Source: Mobula hypostoma (Eukaryota). From it: 64,000 nt of DNA. The stretch covers positions 40,736,001 to 40,800,000 of the forward strand of contig NC_086097.1 of the NCBI RefSeq assembly GCF_963921235.1, written 5' to 3'. The translations under genes and the position numbers were made by a program. Shown one piece after another: positions 1-13,631 of the stretch (position 1 is its first letter; each line of letters opens with the position of its first letter). The notes under the pieces were generated by a model. The model searched no databases. It was not told where the DNA came from and saw nothing but the letters and a program-made list of their open reading frames with translations.

Positions 1-776
1 CAGTCACCTGCTTTGTTAAGTCATCATTAGTCTCTGCAAAAATTATTGCAAATATTTTTCATATGTAGGCTTCTAGTTACTGTTTAGCTTGACCTTTCTG
101 TGTTTCCAATGAATTTTCAAAGTGTGTGTTTAAAAGTTGTCTTACCCAGTTCTTCTTTCCAAAGCTTAATTGAAGTAGTTATGTTTAGGACACAATTATG
201 GATTTCATTTACACTTGCATCTTAAAATACCCGGCCTGTTGATACAATAAAGATGAGCATTATGATTATGTCAAATGATGCAAACTTTTAATAAAGCTAG
301 CAAAAATTACATATTTCCCCCCTATCTTTTCTTCAAACCTATGCTTGAATCTTTTCAATACTAGATTCAGCACCACCACAGTACTGATATCTGGTAACTT
401 TCAAATATGACTGTGACCATGATGATTTTTTTTTCTTGTGCATGTAGGATTTGGCATAGTCAACCATAACCATCTCTGTTGCAGTCTGCTCAGTGCAGTT
501 GCTCTCACTTGGCTGTAGTTTTAAGTTTCCAAAGCTAGCAAAAGCATTACATGCAATTGCATCTCTTTTCAGTACTTACATGCAGGTATCTAATTATTAT
601 GCTTTGACTTACAGCTTAACTTGATCTTATGTTTATATTAAATTGAGATGCATACATTTGAAGTTCTATTGTTGAATCCTTCTCTTCAAACTTTAAGTTT
701 GAAAATCAGTCCCTGGCCTGTACTTTTCAAATTTACATGGTCCCTTTTTTTACATATTGGCTGGGACATGAAGGCC

Positions 777-1005
777 ATTAGACCTTAAGACCTAGGAGCA
801 GAATTAGGACATTCAGCCCATCAAGTCTGCTCTACTTTTCCATTATGTCTGATTTATTATCCCTCTCAACACCATTTTCCTGCCTTCTACCCCTAACCTT
901 TAACAATAATCAAGAACCTATCAACCTCTGTTTTAAATATACCCATTGACTTGCCTCCACAGCATCAGTTACAATGAATTGCATAGATCTACCACACTCT
1001 GACTA
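777..1005 (-). mobile_element. CR1 LINE 3' end fragment (decayed)
   Basis: Matches the CR1 3' UTR and tail also at 7141-7458 and 41645-41870 (ggagcagaattagg...cagcccatcaagtctgctc...aatcaagaacctatc). Confidence 0.75.
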
Positions 1006-2063
1006 ATGAATTAGCTGCTGTAGGGATAGTGTTCACCATTGACCTAATGAGAGAACCCACAAATAATTGTGAGTTCCAGAGTTGTGAATATGGCTCCATC
1101 CATAAGCAGTAAGCAAGTCAACAAACCACAGACTTGACTTTAAAATGCTAAATGTGTAACAAGTCAAGAAGTAAAAAGAACAGAATAAAATTTAGTTTCC
1201 TGGGTTCTTCTCTGTCTGATGGTAACTTATCTGCTTCTCAACCTATACCTAATCAATGTGACTTTAAACTAATTAGGAACTAATTGAGTAACATCATTCT
1301 TGATGGCCTTAATGTTTCTAGACCTTATTAATGATTTTAAAAATTAAGCTGAGCAAACAGGATTAAGACAGGTGCTACAGTATCATGAAAATATTAATGC
1401 AAATAAAAATTAAAATGTATTATTATGTCATCAGTTTTTAAAATGTTTTTAAAGAAGGATTAACACCACATGTAAAATGATCTTCTCTGGGCCATAAGGT
1501 TTTGTCAGCAATAATTATGATTTAATATGTTGTTTGAAACAGTTGCATATCATTGAACAAGCATCAGGTTTTAAATTTTGCTTACGGAAAAGTAACGTCG
1601 AAACTAATGTCAGAAGATTCCTATTGAACTGTCAACGTCAGCCAAGACTGCAAAGGCCACCAGGTCAAGGAGTAATTTACCACAGAAATTTAGGATTTCC
1701 ATGTTTTATTGTGGATGTGTGTATTGTTGGTTTTATGCTGCAATAATGGCAATAATAATTACAGACACAGATCCTGTGTTATAAAGAAAGATTACACGTG
1801 CATTCCAACAGCATCTGTTTGGGTTCTATTGCACTTCTTTGCTTTTTAGCAACCTGTAAGGAGATGAATCTCAGTGTTATATATAATATGCATATTTCGA
1901 TAATGTATTTTGAACTTTGAACTTTCTTTTCATTCTCATCAAACACTAATTGACCCTAAGGCCCTGTCAGAAATCTTTGTTCAGCTGACTGAGGCTTCCT
2001 GAATAAATGCTACTGCTCCAGTGGTCTTCTACCTGCCCATCTTGTCCAAGATAATAATTGGAC

Positions 2064-2093
2064 AATAATAATAATAATAATAATAATAATAAT
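2064..2093. repeat. (AAT)10 microsatellite
   Basis: Direct reading of aataataat... run. Confidence 0.95.
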
Positions 2094-3149
2094 TTAAGCA
2101 GCCTTTGCTCCAAGTCTGATGGTCTCTAAAAACAAAAAAAGTTCATCTGATCAAGTTTTGATCGTACCAACACATCCTGATCCTGTGCAGGCTTTTATGA
2201 ACTTGTTTTCTTTTGCAGAAGAGAAAGATAATTTCCGACCGGCTGTCAAAAGTGAAGAATTTTCTCAATTCTCTAGCTGTGCAGCTAGAAGGTGGGCTCG
2301 TATTTCATCAGGAGCAGATTGTAAAGCTTTTGGTTGCTCACAGTGTAAATTGGAAATTTTTCACCTGTGTTGTATCAATCCTGTGAGCAGTGCTGTTCTC
2401 TCTCTGAGATCCAAATGAAAATACAGCAGCTTCTAATGTGGCAAGAATATAATGGAAAATTAATATTTGTATCTGCTTATAATATTCAATTTAATAATGA
2501 GACATTGATTAAATGTCTGGAATTATATATGCTCTCAAAAGGCGAGATGATCTGTGGGGAAATGTGCTTAATTTTTTGCCTTTTCTAAAATGGATCTGAA
2601 CCTTTGACTTGCAATGTACTCTGGGCAATTGTGTTTCTTTTTTTTCTTAAGGCTATCTTTCATCACAAAAAAGAGGTTAATGATCCACATTTTTGAATGG
2701 ACAGATAGATGTGGAGTTACCTCTCTTTTCATGGGGCAGTAGAAATTTCCCAAATTCAAGTATTTAAAGATTATAATTTCTCAAAACAATTAAGAGCTGT
2801 GTGCTAAAGATACATGTTCCATATGAAGAGCTGAGACTGTTCCATTCATTGCAGGTAGACTAAGGCCATCAATCTCCCCAATATTCGTGACTTCATTTAA
2901 AAAAAAAGCCTTTTTATTATTGCTATTGGATCTTCTTTCACCACTTCCCCTAATGGGATTCCAGGCACTTGCAATTCTGTGGTCTTTTTTTAAAAAAAAG
3001 ATATTGCCACATAAATCTCCTAAAAGTCCTCCCCTTTCCCCTTAAACCTTTGCTCTCTTGTAGTTCACATTTCCGCTCTGGTAAGAAGACCCTATCTGTG
3101 CCTCTCATAATATTAATTTCTTCTATCAGATGGAGGGGAGAGAGAGAAC

Positions 3150-3465
3150 ATGTGGTTTGTCGAATGCTGGATGAAATGTGATAGTTTTTGGCGTAACCGC
3201 AAGTCTGTGTTTTTGCTATCGCCTAGCTCACTCTTGTGCTTCGTAGCGGGTGTGTTTTTTGCTGGGGGGAGGGGGGATCGTTGCTTGCTGCTGCTTATGC
3301 GTAGGAGGGGGGAGCTGAGGGTGGAGGAATTTGGGGTTCTCATGTTTAACTGTCTTTCATTCTTTGGGGGACTTCTCTGTTTTTGCGGATGTTTGCGAAG
3401 AAAAAGCATTTCAGGATGTATATTGTATACGTATCTCTGACATTAAGTTGGACCTTTGAACCTTT
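3150..3465 (+). mobile_element. Short retroposon (LINE 3' end or SINE-like) with (ACCTTTGA) tail, inside an old minus-strand CR1 remnant (~2990-3625)
   Basis: The 3' motif gaagaaaaagcatttcaggatgtatattgtatac...gacattaag...gacctttgaacctttg resembles the Rex-type tails at 1860-1925 and 5310-5386. The flanks read as decayed CR1 RT. Confidence 0.5.
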
Positions 3466-3746
3466 GGGAGAGTCCTTCATCTTCTGACATTGCAGAGAAA
3501 ACGATGCAAGTTTGCTTACTATTCCCTAATAGGTAATAATCCAGGCAACACCCTGGTGAGCCTCTCCAAAGCCTCAGCATCCTTCCACTAATGTGGTAAC
3601 CAGGCATCCACACAGTACTCCACATTAATATTCTTCAAGAGACCCAAAACCACCTCCTCCCTGGTATCAACATGCACAAGAATACTAGCATATTTGTGCT
3701 GCATCGGATCCAGAGAGCACTTATTTTGTTCTTCTTTAATCATATT

Positions 3747-3862
3747 ACCATATAACAATTACAGCACGGAAACAGGCCATCTTGGCCCTTCTAGTCTGTG
3801 CCAAACTCTTACTCTCACCTAGTCCCGCAGACCTGCACTCAGCCCATAACCCTCCATTCCTT
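3747..3862 (-). mobile_element. CR1 3' tail fragment
   Basis: acagcacggaaacaggcc...ggcccttc...agcccataaccctccattcc is the reverse complement of a CR1 3' terminus. Confidence 0.6.
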
Positions 3863-4504
3863 TACCCGTGTGTACAGGAAATTACTTTAAACCATCTTGA
3901 ATCTTAAATGTATTTATACTGGGATTGTGTTTAATTGTACTTGCCAAGGACGTTCCATGACTCCTTTCAGCCCTCCTGATTTCATGTTTCTCTCTTAATT
4001 CCTTTATATTCCTCAGAGCTTCTGTCTGATTTCAACTTCCTAAATTTTACGTATGCTTCCTTCCTCATTTTGACTAACATTGCAAGATTTAAACGAATGT
4101 GCTGACACTCCCACATTAATGCCCCTCTTCAGTCAGTTGTCAAGAGGCGCCCGATGAATGTCAGTCGCTAACTAATCCTTTCCCTCCAAGCCCCAGGCTG
4201 AAACATGATACAGTTCCTGCCTTCGTAGCCTGAATCATTTTCTCTGCCAAATCACCCTTTCACCAAAGGGACAAATGCTCTCTCCTTCAGCAACTAATGA
4301 AATTCTGAAGCCCTAACCCTCTATTCTCCACACCCCCATCTATACAAGGCAATTATGATTGCTCTCCCTCTCTCCCTTACCCTACGCATGGCACAATCTG
4401 ATCACTGTTCCTCTATTCCTAACCAAGGCACCACTCTAATTCCTCTCCAACTCACCTCCTCTTTCCTTTTCTGAGCTTCCTTTGTTGCCTGTCTGGACAC
4501 TGAT

Positions 4505-5388
4505 TATATGCATTGTAAGGTAAATGGTGAAGTAGAGCCACAACAGCAACCTCTCACTCAATATTAGCAAGACCAAGGAGCTGATTATTGACTTCAGGAG
4601 GAGGAAATCGAAGCCAGTCCTCCTTGGCGGATCAGAGGTGGAGAGGATCAGCAACTTTAAATTCCTCGGTGTTATGTGTATTGTTTTGTAATTTCAAAAC
4701 AGTAAACAAATTCAAATGAGTTCATTGGAGTCCAGGAATATGGGTCTAATTCAAGTCTATCTTAAGCGAGGTGCACACATATCGTATATAATTACTTAAA
4801 TATTATTGAAATACTAAATACATGACATTGGAATTTGAGGATCTGTCCTGGGTCCAGCATATGAAATGCCAATATGACGAAAGCTCAGCCTTCACCACGA
4901 CTGAGCATATCTACAAGGCGTGCAGTCGCAGGATACCAGCATCCATCATCAAGGATGCCCTCCACCCAGCTCATGTTCTCTTCTCGTTGCTGCCATCAGG
5001 TAAAAGAAAGAGGGGAGCCTCAGGCCCCCCACCACCAGGTTCAGGAACGGTTATTACCCCTCAACCATCAGGCTCTTGAACCAAAGGGGATAAGTTCACT
5101 CAACTTCACTTGACCCTTCACTGAACTGTTCCCACAACCAATGGACTCACTTTCAAGGACTCTTCATCTCATGTTCTCAATATTTATTCCTTTTTTTTTC
5201 TCTTATATTTGCACAGTTTATTGCCTTTTGCAGTTGGGTTGCTTATCCATCCTGTTGGATGTGGCCTTTCATTGCTTCTACTGTGTTTCTTGGATTTACT
5301 GTGTATGCCCACAAGAAAATGAATCTTAGGATTTTATATAGTGACATATTCAGTATGTAATTTGATAATAAATTTATTTTGAACTTCA
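4505..5388 (+). mobile_element. Rex1/Babar-type LINE 3' fragment (decayed), interrupted by a solo LTR
   Basis: Remnant motifs LNISKTKELIIDFRR, VERISNFKFLGV and SIIKDALHPAHVLFSLLPSGKR; 3' tail gataataaatttattttgaactt. Confidence 0.8.
4670..4827. mobile_element. Internally deleted solo LTR related to the Gypsy LTRs in this window
   Basis: Starts tgttatg...ttttgtaatttcaaaa and ends tattattgaaatactaaatacatgaca, similar to the LTR ends at 7026/7587 and 35648/35873. It interrupts the Rex RT. Confidence 0.6.
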
Positions 5389-7025
5389 GGGAATATTTTA
5401 CTGTAATGAAGAGAGCCCTCTTTTTTTTTCTCCCCTGGTATTTGTGTTCAGGTTTCTCCAGTTAGGCACTTCCACCCAACGACAGTGGCTTGATACTGGC
5501 AAGATACAGAGATCTCTAACCGCCCTGTTCATCAAACAGTGCTTAAATCTAACATACTGATACAAGTTTCCACAGATCAAATCAATATCTGTAGCATAGA
5601 TTTTTAAGCACTCTTCAACTTTGAGATGAGAATAAAATGAGTTGATTGGACAGCAAAAATATGATAAAGCTTGTGTACTTGTCATCTGTGGTGATGAGGT
5701 CATTCAGGTTATTTTTTTCCTCTCAGTGGCTCTTCAGACACCGCCTGAGATACATCGCCCTGGTCACATAATAGGACAAACACCCCATCCCCCATTGCAT
5801 TTACATTTCTGTAAGCAATATAGCATATCCACCTGATAATTCACATGAATAACATTAATTTAAGTGCAAAACATCTAATAATACTATAGTGCTGGTAACA
5901 CATTCCTCCCAACTGTGCATTTGGTTAATGAGCCAAAAACCAGAAGATTAAATTCCTCACAGTCGTTGGAGTAAATTTGCTGCTTCTGAATCTCAAAAAT
6001 ATAGCTCCCGGCGTTTTCTTTTGCACATATTGGAAAGGCAAACATGAGATTGTCCTTAGAAACATCATAATTTGCAAACAACAGTGCCATTTAAAAAGTT
6101 TATCCCTGTAGGTGTGTCTTTGCTTTTCTTGAAAGAATACTTGGATAGCTGACAATTAACAGTTTTGATTGTTAAAATGCCCTATTGCGCTAAGTACCAC
6201 AGGCGTTGCAGGATAGACTAACCTCGTTATATTGATCACTGATCAGTAATTATTTCAGATCTCAATTATGCTGCAAGGACATGTACGAGGACTGACGTCA
6301 TTACTGCTTCTCTTTCAGACTGTTTAATGTAAAATAAAAGCAGAGAGTGATAGAAATACTTCAGAAATCAGCTAGCATGGGGAGAAACACAAGCAATGTT
6401 TCACTTTGTTGTTTCTGATAACCTAATGATGAGATGAATCTGCAGGTAAAGTTGAGGAAAATCTCAAGGTTCCATAGCTATGTTAAGAGTAAAAGGTTGG
6501 CTGGGGAGAGTCTAGGTCTCCTTAGAGATCAGAAGGGCTGTCTATATCTGAAATTGCAGGAAAGGCTGAAATTTTTAATAAACAGTTCTCCTTGATGAGA
6601 AAGTCAATTGTTTCCTTCAGAAATACAGGAAACAAATATGGAGGTTCATATTACAAGGTAGGAGATATTTGCAGACTTACAGTACGTGAAGGTGGATAAA
6701 TCCCCAGGGTCTGACCAGTTGCATCTTTGGAATTTATTGGAGGCTGGAGAAGAAATTACAAAGGCCCTTACAAAGATATTTGCTTCATTGTTGGCCACTG
6801 GTGAAGTTCCCAAATAACTAGAAGGTGGCTAATGTATTTCTATTGTTAAAGAAGGGTAACAAGGACAAGCCAGAGAACTGCAGGCTAGTCAGTCTGAGCT
6901 GGGAATGGCATTTGGATAACCAGAGGTTGATTAACAGGAGTCAGAATGGCTTTCTATGTGCAAAGTCTTGCTTGATAAACTTTTTAAGAGTTTTTAAGAA
7001 GTAATCAAAAGGTAGCTAACGGTAG

Positions 7026-7587
7026 TGTTACGTTTTGTAACTCCAAAAACTAATTGAAAGAAAAACATGGGAACCGGGATGATGGTCTACTTGATTTTTC
7101 TTTTTTTTTGTAGGGTGCTCACATAGGGTGGCTTAATGATAAGACCATAAGATATAGGACGAAGTAGGCTATTTGGCCCATCAAGTCTGCTCCGCCATTC
7201 AATCATGGGCTGATCCAACTCTTCCAGTCATCCCCACTCCCCTGACTTCACCCCATACCCTTTGATGCCCTGGCTAATCAAGAACCTATCTATCTCTGCC
7301 TTCATTACACCCAATGACTTGGCCTCCACAGCTGCTTGTGGCAACAAATTCCACAGATTTACCACCCTCTGACTAAAGTAATTTCTCCGCATCTCAGTTC
7401 TAAATGGACGTCCTTCAATTCTGAAGTCGTGCCCTCTTGTCCTAGACTCCCCTACCATGATGTATGCCTTTCACGTACTTCTTAGATATAAACCCATAAT
7501 CAATTATGTAAAATAACAAAGAACGCTTAATCAAACAATATATTTGCAGTATTACTCAAATATTTATGAAATATTGTATACATTTCA
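7026..7587 (-). repeat. Gypsy 3' LTR (interrupted by a CR1 fragment at 7141-7456)
   Basis: Aligns with 13632-13857 (gggatgatggtct, gtacttctta, cttaatcaaacaatatatt). The adjacent pyrimidine run at 7588-7596 is a minus-strand polypurine tract. Confidence 0.8.
7141..7458 (-). mobile_element. Young CR1 3' fragment inserted in the Gypsy LTR, probable TSD ATGAT
   Basis: ORF ESRTRGHDFRIEGRPFRTEMRRNYFSQRVVNLWN; (TCTTATGG)-type tail; ATGAT at 7136-7140 and 7457-7461. Confidence 0.88.
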
Positions 7588-7665
7588 CTCCTCTCTGCTT
7601 AGCTGTAAATTCTAACTTAATATAGGGGGCGCACGCGCACACACACACACACTCACTCACTCTTA

Positions 7666-8287
7666 CATAGTCATAGTCATACTTTATTGATCCCGGGGGA
7701 AATTGGTTTTCATTACAGTTGCACCATAAATAATAAATAGTGATAGAACCACAAATAGTTAAATAGTAATATGTAAATTATGCCAGTAAATTATGAAATA
7801 AGTCCAGGACCAGCCTATTGGCTCAGGGTGTCTGACCCTCTAAGGGAGGAGTTGTAAAGTTTGATGGCCACAGGCAGGAATGACTTCCTATGACGCTCTG
7901 TATTGCATCTCAGTGGAATGAGTCTCTGGCTGAATGTACTCCTGTGCCCACCCCGTACATTGTGGAGTGGATAGGAGACATTGTCCAAGATGGCATGCAA
8001 CTTAGACAGCATCCTCTTTGCAGACACCATTGTGAGAGAGTCCAGTTCCATCCTCACAACATCACTGGCCTTACGAATGAGTTTGTTGATTCTGTTGGTG
8101 TCTGCTACCCTCAGCCTGCTGCCCCAGCACACAACAGCAAACACGATAGCACTGGCCACCACAAACTCGTAGAACATCCTCAGCATCGTCCGGCAGATGT
8201 TAAAGGACTTCAGTCTCCTCAGGAAATAGAGACGGCTCTGACCCTTCTTGTAGACAGCCTCAGTGTTCTTTGACCAGTCCAGTTTAC
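7666..8287 (-). mobile_element. Rex1/Babar-type LINE 3' fragment with (TATGAC)n tail
   Basis: ORF KLDWSKNTEAVYKKGQSRLYFLRRLKSFN...FAVVCWG...SFLPVAIKLYN; near-identical to 38511-39070. Confidence 0.88.
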
Positions 8288-8596
8288 TTACTATATAATC
8301 CAACTGTATAGACAACCACAGCATAATAAATTTAAAAATATCTCATTCAGGTCTAAAGATTTTATCTCTCTGGAGAATTTTTTACTCCTGTGGGATAATT
8401 TCTTTTCTAACAAGATGGGGGTATGGGAAATCACTCTGTTTGGCAGATGACACTTGGGGTTGTGAAACAATCTTAGCTTCTGGAGTCGCCTCTGTAGTGG
8501 TTGAAGCAGTTGAATCTGGGACTGCAGGAAGAGCTTCTGGCCACTCTGGGCACCTTTCTTCTCTAACAATTGCCTCTACTCTCCTCGACTGATGTG

Positions 8597-9985
8597 TGTC
8601 ACATACCCCGTGATGGGTTAAAGAACCAGCAGAAATGGAAAACACTTTGGAGTCTGATATTGCTATTAACTAATGCTATTCTATTAGTAACTATGCAATA
8701 CAGTAATAAAATCAGATAAATCAAACAGGTTAGCAAAGATTAGATATATATAAGTGTGGAAATAGAAAAACAAAGCTTCTTCACGCCTAGGGGTGAATGG
8801 ATACAGTCTTACGGTGGTGAGTAAAATTCAGTTCAATTCGTGGTATTCAGTTGAGTAGTGATGGAGAGAGAGAAAGATATTTGTAATCCAGGGTAAATGT
8901 CAAGAGAATGCAATTACATCGATATTCCACAGATTACATGATATCAATACAAAATAACAATAGTAGTAGGTTTTATCTCCAAAGTTGTTCCACTCCACAC
9001 ACGAAGTATCACCGACAGTGATCTTCAACGAATATCCTTTCAACACCAGTGGTACCACACCCGAATTCAGCTACAGGTTATTCCAAAGTGGTGGCCACAG
9101 GATACTCAAACAGAATCCACAAATGGATTATCACCAACAGTAGTTTATCACTAAGGTGACCCTCTTCAAGGGAACCAACCCCAAACACACGATGTGATAG
9201 CCACTTATCCAGTTCCATGACATACAAAATAACTCTAACAGTGATTTGCCACAGGGGGGGCCTTTCTTCAGTGAACTACCACACCCAAACAAGGGTAACA
9301 GACAAGTGGTATTCACAAAGGTACTCCCCTCACCCACCTCTTGTGGATTAACTACGTGACAGTCACACCTTTGTATTCGAATGGAACTCAAACTCACCCT
9401 TACAGACTACTTAGAGAGAGAGTCCAAACAGTAACCTCTTTGTCACTAGGTTTCTTCTGTTTCAACCCTTCCTCTCCCCTCTGCAAACTTCCTTTAAAGT
9501 CACCAAATGTGACCACAACAAGGGGATCGTTTTCTGTGCTGGAGTTATCAACCCAAGCAAGGGTTGGACACACTAATAACTCCCCCACCGATCACACCTT
9601 TCCCACACTGCGAGAGCCACTGATCGACCCTCCTGATCGATCCTCCAAACAACCCACCTTTCTGTGGGCACAGCAAAGTTCATCCAGTGTCCATAATCAT
9701 GTGTCTCTCTGTCTACCAACTGACCTTGTATTTATCTCACCACGCTGAGCACCAGCCGACCATCAAGTAGCTCCTCCCTTCTCTCTGTGTGTAGGGACTC
9801 AGAAGCTGGCAGTGTCCTTGCAAAAATGTAAACACGCTGCAGAGAAACCATAACACCAACTCCAAGCAAACTGTGAGCAGTCTTCGCCTCTCTCTCTTCA
9901 TAACAAGGTGTTTGTGTTGTACAGCTCTCTCTATCTTTTTAAAGGTATAGTCCATAGAAAATATGACCCCTAGGGGTACATAACA
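8597..9985. mobile_element. Large solo LTR (1389 bp, ERV- or Gypsy-type) with 4-bp TSD TGTG
   Basis: Ends TGTCACATACCCC...GGGGTACATAACA (imperfect inverted termini, TG...CA). TGTG at 8593-8596 and 9986-9989. The flanks rejoin as Gypsy integrase C-terminal sequence. Confidence 0.75.
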
Positions 9986-12900
9986 TGTGTCAACTGCAGA
10001 TGACATCAGATGCATTCTCCACTGTGTAGGAAAGCATGTCCAGTTCTGTCCTTAATCTATCCAATTACTCACTTTTGAACACCTTTGTAGTACCTTGCCA
10101 GGACTGCTTGTCCAGGAGTGAAACTTGGAACCTCCTTGTTAGTCTTAGTTGTTTGTCCTGCATACTCCTTCTGAGAATTGGTTCGAGGAGATCCAAGCGT
10201 GAGCACAAGGGATAACCCAGAAACAGCATAGCTGGTGAGATGCTGGTTGTAGAGTGTGCTGCATTGCTATATGCAAGGAGGAAATTGACGGGCTTCTGAT
10301 TCAGTGCTAGTGTAGTATTTTCTGCTGACATTGCTCACAGTGAATTTCTAAAATTCTGGACAAACCTTTTCAGCATTTGTAACTGTGCAGTATGCTACAA
10401 ATGTAATTTGTCTTATTCCATAAATTCTCCGGAATGACTGAAACTGTTCCACCACCAACTGTTGTCCATTGTCATAGGCTAAGTATTCTGGAACACCAGT
10501 CCTTGAGAAGAGGCACCTCAACACGCAAACAGGATGCGAGTCTGTAGTGGAAGTTATTGAGAACACTTCTGGCCACTTTGTAGCTGCATCCACTACTAGC
10601 AAGAAATTTGTGCCTATGAGTGGTCCAGCAAAATCCACATTAATCCTCTGCCAGAGCAATATGGTCCATTCCCAGGAGTAGAGAGGCATTGCTCTTGGCA
10701 TCCTCTGGATATGTCGGGATCCTGAAAGGTGCATAGAAAGCTGCATGATCTGTTGGTCTATTGCAGGCCACTAGACAAAACTTTAAGCCAATGTTTTCAC
10801 TTTGACCCACGCCGGGATGACTGGCATGTTGGTCCTCCAACAATTTAGCTCTCAGTTTGGATGGTAGAACAACTCTCAATCCCCACATAAGGGAGCATCT
10901 GTCAAGGGCAAGTTCATCCCAGTGCTGGTAAAAATAGAGGAAGTGGAATTTCTACTGCATATTCCAGCCATTGTGGGTTGCCATGTAGGCCTGAGATAGA
11001 GTGGGATCTTTTCTGGTTTCCTTTGGATCATCTCTGTTGTAATAAGGAGACGTTTGATTTATACATCAAGATGAGTGTTCCCTTTTGTAAAACTTTCATG
11101 TATTTCCTTTTCCAAAGGTAATTGGGCAATCCATCAGTTTTTCCATGATTAGTTGTCCTCTTGAATTCAATCTTGTAATTGAAAAAGAGCCCATCTCTGC
11201 ATTCGTGCTGCTGCTGTTAGTGGAGCAACCTTCTGTGGATTGAAACTGGACACGAGTAGTTGACAATCAGTAATGAAGGTAAACTCTCTCCCATACAGGT
11301 ACTGATTGAGGCATTTTAAACCCCAAATGAGACTTGAGGCCTCTCTGTATGTAATCTTTCCCTGCAACAGTAAGGGAATGTGATGCAAAGACTGTGGGCA
11401 ATCTCTTCCATTACTCATAACATGTGACATGACCTATACCATAATGTGAGGCATGACAGGCAAGCTTTACTGGACGACGTGGACCATAATGTGTGAGTAC
11501 AGTGTCTGATATCACAACTTCCTTTACCTTTTGGAAAGCCAGCTCACACTGCTTCGTCCATTGCCATTTCTTCCTGATTAGCAGTAATGAGTTCAAAGGG
11601 TAGAGCACAGTAGCCAGGTTTGACAGGAAGCTGGTATAGTAATTGACAAATCCTAAAAAGGACCACAACTCTGACACATCCTTTGGCTTTGGGGTATCCA
11701 CTACTGCTTAAATTTTCTTAGCATGCTTGTGTAAATCTTGCACGTCAAAAGTGTGACCACAGTAAGTGATCCTTGGTTTAAAAAATTCATACTTGTTGCA
11801 CAGTGCATTGAGATGGTAATTTTCTAATCCTTTTAACATTGTTTTTGGAGATGTTCCTTGTCATCCTCGTCATTTACAATGATGTCTCCCAGGTAACACT
11901 GAGAGCCTGGGCAGCCTTGCAGCACCTGGTCCATAGATTTCTGCCAGAGTGCAGGTGCAGGTGCTATTCCAAAAAGAAAAGAAGCTTATGATAGGATAAA
12001 GCCCTTTGTGAGTGTTTATTGTGAGAAACACATTGAAAACTTTTTCCATTCCAACTGAAGGTAGGCCTCAGCTAAGTCCAGTTTGCTGAAGTGTTTCCCA
12101 CCAGAAAGATTTTCAAGGATATTCTCTACCCTGGGCCAAGGGTTTTGATCTACTTTCATTATGAGGTTGATGGTGACACTTAAATCACCAGAGATCCTTG
12201 CAGACTTCTTGTCTATAGCTACTGGTAAAACTGGCATTGCCCATAGGCACCACACTACCTTGGAAAGAATTCCTTCTGCCTCCATGTGATATAGGCCACT
12301 GCCTACTTTATCACAGGTGGTATAAGGAACCAGACAGGCGTTACAAAACTTGGTGTGGTATTTTCATTTAATGCTATTTTACCCCTGACATGTTAGAGCT
12401 TTCCAGAGCGAACTTTGAACACTGCTATGGTATCATCCAGTACATTTCTCAATTCACTTTTAGTTGACTCTGTTGCAGGGGATGTGGCATGCAAACTGTG
12501 ACTGAAATATCCGGGCCAGTGTCGAATTCTATTTTAATTAATTTGCTGTTTTCTGGTGTAAGCCATATTGCTTGTCTGTTGTTTGTTTTCACATTGAAAA
12601 TCCCAAGCCTACACAATCTTGTGTCACTCTCATCATTACCAGATTTTTCAAGGGCAGCATGCAGATTAGTGCTCTTTTAGAAACTGCAACTTGACTTTAT
12701 ATTTTACTCTTCCCTATGCAGTCCGTTTAACTTTGTCTGCCCAAAATGCTCTTTGGAGGCGTCATACTTTGTTTAATTTTCTGTAAGCTTCACCTTTGAA
12801 TCCACATTGGTTCGGCTCACATGTGAGCCCCGGCCACAACGGAAACACAATTTGTTCAGCCAGGTTGGTTTCTCTTTAGATGTTGCAATTTTGTTCAGCT

Positions 12901-13620
12901 CACTTTCATTCCCAACTGCAACTCAATTGGATCTCCATCTCCTGTTTCCATTGATACAGCAACTTCAATTGCTAACTTAAATATAAGTGATGCTTCAGTT
13001 AAGAATGATTTTTGAATGCTTTCTTGTAAGTTTCCACAAACTAAATGATCTCTCAGTGCTTCGTCAAGTCCATCATTGAACTGACAATGCTCAGAGAACT
13101 TCTTCAATTCACCATGTATGCCGAAATAGACTCTCTCTTCCTTTTAATTCCGCTTATGAAACCTAAAGAATTCTGCAGTCAAAAATAGTTCTGGTTCTGA
13201 ATGTTCCTGCATTGCTTTCACAATATCAGCAAAGGTCTTTTTGGTTGGTTTTTGTTGGAGAAGTCAAACTTCTAAACAAACTATTTGCTTTTCCACCTAT
13301 TGCACTCAGCAACACTTAGCACTTGTTTTTCATCAGCAATTTCATTTGCTTCAAAATACTGCTTAGTTCAATCAGTATACACCAAACAGTTATCTGTTAT
13401 GCAATCAAACATGTCTATAGTTCCAATGTAGCATGCTTTTTATTTATTTATTAGTATCACCCAATATTTATTGTTATTAAACCCGTGGCCATACTCATTA
13501 CTTGTTAATTTCATCTGTTTTCTGCCTTTTTTAAAACTCAGTCATCTCTCTCCTCTTCTGAAGAAAAACATGCTGAGTTTCAACAGGTAGGTAGACGTCT
13601 CAGGTTTGTTTTAAAACTTC

Positions 13621-13630
13621 CCCATCACCA
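13621..13630 (-). promoter_or_regulatory. Putative primer-binding site of the Gypsy element (TGGTGATGGG)
   Basis: Begins with TGG one base inside the 5' LTR on the minus strand; looks like a CpG-decayed TGGCGACG-type PBS. Confidence 0.55.
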
Positions 13631-13631
13631 C

